Source of the DNA: an uncultured Nitrospiraceae bacterium
Lineage (GTDB): Bacteria; Nitrospirota; Thermodesulfovibrionia; Thermodesulfovibrionales; Dissulfurispiraceae
Direction of reading: 5' to 3'
Assembly: GCA_963705105.1 (NCBI GenBank)
Contig: CAVPIW010000010.1
Coordinates: 195,671 to 259,670, forward strand
Length of the DNA stretch: 64,000 nt
Part shown: positions 63,527 through 64,000 of the stretch, piece after piece
Position numbering within the stretch: position 1 is the first letter of the stretch
How the letters are laid out: every line of letters starts with the position of its first letter
Notes under the pieces: generated by a model
The model's input: the letters and a program-made list of their open reading frames with translations, nothing else
Database searches by the model: none
What the model was told of the DNA's origin: nothing
Program-made: the position numbers and the translations under genes

Positions 63527-63776
63527 GACACTTGATAAAGACGAACTGCGTCCGGAGTACAAACGTTCCGATTTCCCTGGCGGCCTCGTCAGAGGTAAAT
63601 ATGCAAAGCGATTGAAGGAATCATCTAATATCGTCGTACTCAGGCCGGAAGTCGCTCAGGCTTTCCCGAATGAAGAAGCGGTGAATAACGCCCTTCTTTC
63701 GCTCATCGATATCGCAAAGAAGACAACACGCCCAAGGCGTTCCACCGGATCGACCAAAAAGCGGGCCTCCCGGTGA
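63513..63776 (+). CDS. BrnA-like antitoxin
   Basis: DELRPEY..SDF...RGKYA, VAQAFPNEEAVNNAL; overlaps the toxin. Confidence 0.8.
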   Translation: MKKDKTLDKDELRPEYKRSDFPGGLVRGKYAKRLKESSNIVVLRPEVAQAFPNEEAVNNALLSLIDIAKKTTRPRRSTGSTKKRASR

Positions 63777-64000
63777 ACTCGTCGTCATTCTTCGCCAGAC
63801 CTGACAGATCTCCTTGAAAGGCCCTGCAAGAGTTTTTCTATAAAATGTAAGGAAAGATGACCCACGGGTATGCGACTTTGTGGCTGAAGCAAGCCAACCG
63901 AATACTATATTAAAACTCCGTCTGTTCCTTGTCCCAGTTTCCATAATATCATTTGGGACACATCGTCCCTGATCGAACTCAATAAAAAGGGGAGCCGAAG

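Noticed and set aside
60097..64000. Classical integron cassette array
   Set aside because: No intI or attC-like sites seen; the repeated unit is coding and ~0.9 kb

Overview
GC-rich bacterial chromosomal window. Gene content and sigma-54 usage suggest an anaerobic Nitrospirota/Desulfobacterota-type organism (inference). Bases 1-27,000 form a phosphate-starvation island: pstSCAB-phoU, a PIN-PhoH gene and phoR, tied together by seven 11-bp-periodic GTAAC/GTCAT arrays (PHO-box-like). The same arrays precede a ferrosome-like cluster (P2A-type ATPase with HMA2-like N-terminus, 22-mer amphipathic-repeat protein, frameshifted HMA2 membrane protein, DUF5132-like protein), a TraR/DksA gene, and a 9-gene operon for an unusual ulosonic-acid sugar. 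Bases 27,000-47,500 are accessory: DUF262 protein, Tat aldo-keto reductase, hybrid kinase, acyltransferase, YiiX-like hydrolase, a tandem duplication of PPC-domain and Cys-rich secreted proteins, and an IS1634 inserted in a hexamer microsatellite. Bases 49,800-57,400 are a sigma-54 nitrogen-assimilation cluster (stand-alone Fis-HTH, porin, amtB-glnK, amtB, GATase, glnB-glnA). After pyrF lies a tandem array of a sigma-54-driven small membrane-protein pair with toxin-antitoxin modules between copies. Intergenic spaces hold a modular family of MITE/REP-like repeats. No rRNA, tRNA or CRISPR array was seen. All calls come from motif recognition by eye; no database searches were run.
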